Shown here piece by piece: positions 49,201 through 51,180 of a stretch of 51,180 bases of DNA (positions within the stretch are counted from its first letter, which is position 1; each line of letters opens with the position of its first letter). The translations under genes and the position numbers were made by a program. The stretch spans positions 44,983,542 through 45,034,721 of the forward strand of contig NC_068983.1 of the NCBI RefSeq assembly GCF_001194135.2, read 5' to 3'. This stretch comes from Octopus bimaculoides (Eukaryota). A model generated the notes under the pieces. It saw nothing but the letters and a program-made list of their open reading frames with translations, had not been told where the DNA came from and searched no databases.

Positions 49201-49528
49201 GTGTGTGTATGCGTGTACTCACAAATACGAATGTAAATAATTAGACTTTTTTGTCAATTCAGTTATTTCTCCATTTGCCCGTGGACATGGTGAAGCACGA
49301 CTTTGAAGCTTTGTCGATTATATCCACCCTTGCACTTATTTCACAGAGTTTTTCTACTCGCCGAACCACTAAATCAGTTTCTGTATTTGCCGAATCACAA
49401 TAATGTGACATAATGATATTCAAATATAAACAACACTGTTATGTTACGCGCAGGCGTTGTCGTGTGGTAAGACTTGGGTTTCCGAACCAAATGGTTCTAC
49501 GTTCAGCTTGTTGAGCAACATCTTCTAC

Positions 49529-49615
<87 letters not shown>

Positions 49616-49631
49616 ACACACACACTCACAC

Positions 49632-49660
<29 letters not shown>

Positions 49661-49662
<2 letters not shown>

Positions 49663-49800
49663 GGTCGTTGTCGACTTACGACTTATCCGATTTATCCGAC
49701 TTACGACCAATCGACTTTACGACGATTGGCGCACCAACTCCCGGCACCAATATTGAATAGACCAGTTGAATTCTAATGGGTATAATTTCTTAGAAATTAA
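49661..49800 (+). mobile_element. pogo/Tigger-like transposon left end
   Basis: TA-CAGGTCGTTGTCGACTTACGAC with repeated subterminal GACTTACGAC/TTATCCGA motifs. Confidence 0.6.
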
Positions 49801-50042
49801 CCGGTGTACGGATGATGTCAGCTAACAAACGCTTCCCCTAGGTTTGGTTATCGAACGCCACTGTGTTGGATGACTATCCTGTCGCAGAGACATCGAGGCA
49901 AACTTGTATTTGTTTATAATATAAGACGACTGTTTGAGTCTCCGAAAGTTTTGACTAACTTCAGTATAATAGTATAATGCAGAATGTTGCGTGTGACTTT
50001 TACCTGAAAATGTGAAAATATAAAACAAAGCTATGGGCCAAC

Positions 50043-50082
<40 letters not shown>

Positions 50083-51143
50083 NNNNNNNNNNNNNNNNNN
50101 NNNNNNNNNNNNNNNNNNNNNNNNNNNNNNNNNNNNNNNNNNNNNNNNNNNNNNNNNNNNNNNNNNNNNNNNNNNNNNNNNNNNNNNNNNNNNNNNNNNN
50201 NNNNNNNNNNNNNNNNNNNNNNNNNNNNNNNNNNNNNNNNNNNNNNNNNNNNNNNNNNNNNNNNNNNNNNNNNNNNNNNNNNNNNNNNNNNNNNNNNNNN
50301 NNNNNNNNNNNNNNNNNNNNNNNNNNNNNNNNNNNNNNNNNNNNNNNNNNNNNNNNNNNNNNNNNNNNNNNNNNNNNNNNNNNNNNNNNNNNNNNNNNNN
50401 NNNNNNNNNNNNNNNNNNNNNNNNNNNNNNNNNNNNNNNNNNNNNNNNNNNNNNNNNNNNNNNNNNNNNNNNNNNNNNNNNNNNNNNNNNNNNNNNNNNN
50501 NNNNNNNNNNNNNNNNNNNNNNNNNNNNNNNNNNNNNNNNNNNNNNNNNNNNNNNNNNNNNNNNNNNNNNNNNNNNNNNNNNNNNNNNNNNNNNNNNNNN
50601 NNNNNNNNNNNNNNNNNNNNNNNNNNNNNNNNNNNNNNNNNNNNNNNNNNNNNNNNNNNNNNNNNNNNNNNNNNNNNNNNTATATATATATATATATATG
50701 TATAGATTTGGTTAATATAGGGAGATTTGGTTACTATTTATGCAGATCTATCGCTCAGGAATAGGGGAGGCTCATTCACTGACTTCTTCTGTGTCTATAT
50801 ATTTGTGATATGACAATAGGTACTGTTAAACATAAATTTGTCACTAGCGCCTCTGTCTTGCCGTCGTTGTAGTGCTTTTACCATGCTGGTGGTTGTTGTG
50901 GTGGTACAGACTGACATGATAATGTACCAACTGTAAATGGTGCGGTGTAGGATTATAATGCATTGTAATCTGTATCAATTTCTTTTACAAATAGTAACTG
51001 CTGCACATCTGAAATTCCATCTTGCCTATAGAATTACTACAAAAACAGTAATATTTAGATTAAAAAATAATGTTTTTGTAAAACAAATACTTCCTTTTTT
51101 CTTACATACAAATGCGTACATACATACACACTAACATACGAGC

Positions 51144-51180
<37 letters not shown>

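Overview
AT-rich eukaryotic non-coding DNA from a short-read assembly. It has many N gaps, most bordered by (TA)n or other microsatellites. The SINE families I recall and the microsatellite load point to a coleoid cephalopod, probably Octopus (inference, not a database result). No intact protein-coding gene can be supported: most supplied ORFs are translated microsatellites or run through gaps. The window holds at least four SINE-type families, an internally deleted DD34D mariner, several TA-flanked MITE/foldback elements, a Helitron 3' end, and two R4/Dong-type LINE remnants sitting in (TAA)n arrays. The most notable observation is a non-coding retroelement that joins a tRNA-derived Pol III head to a minimal type I hammerhead ribozyme of the Penelope-like (PLE) kind. 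It occurs twice with an identical 46-nt ribozyme (22389-22434 and 37737-37782, minus strand). The 37684-38271 copy has a 14-bp TSD and a PLE-style inverted terminal segment. Two further degenerate hammerhead motifs are present. Weak splice-signal evidence suggests small + strand exons, but no product can be assigned.
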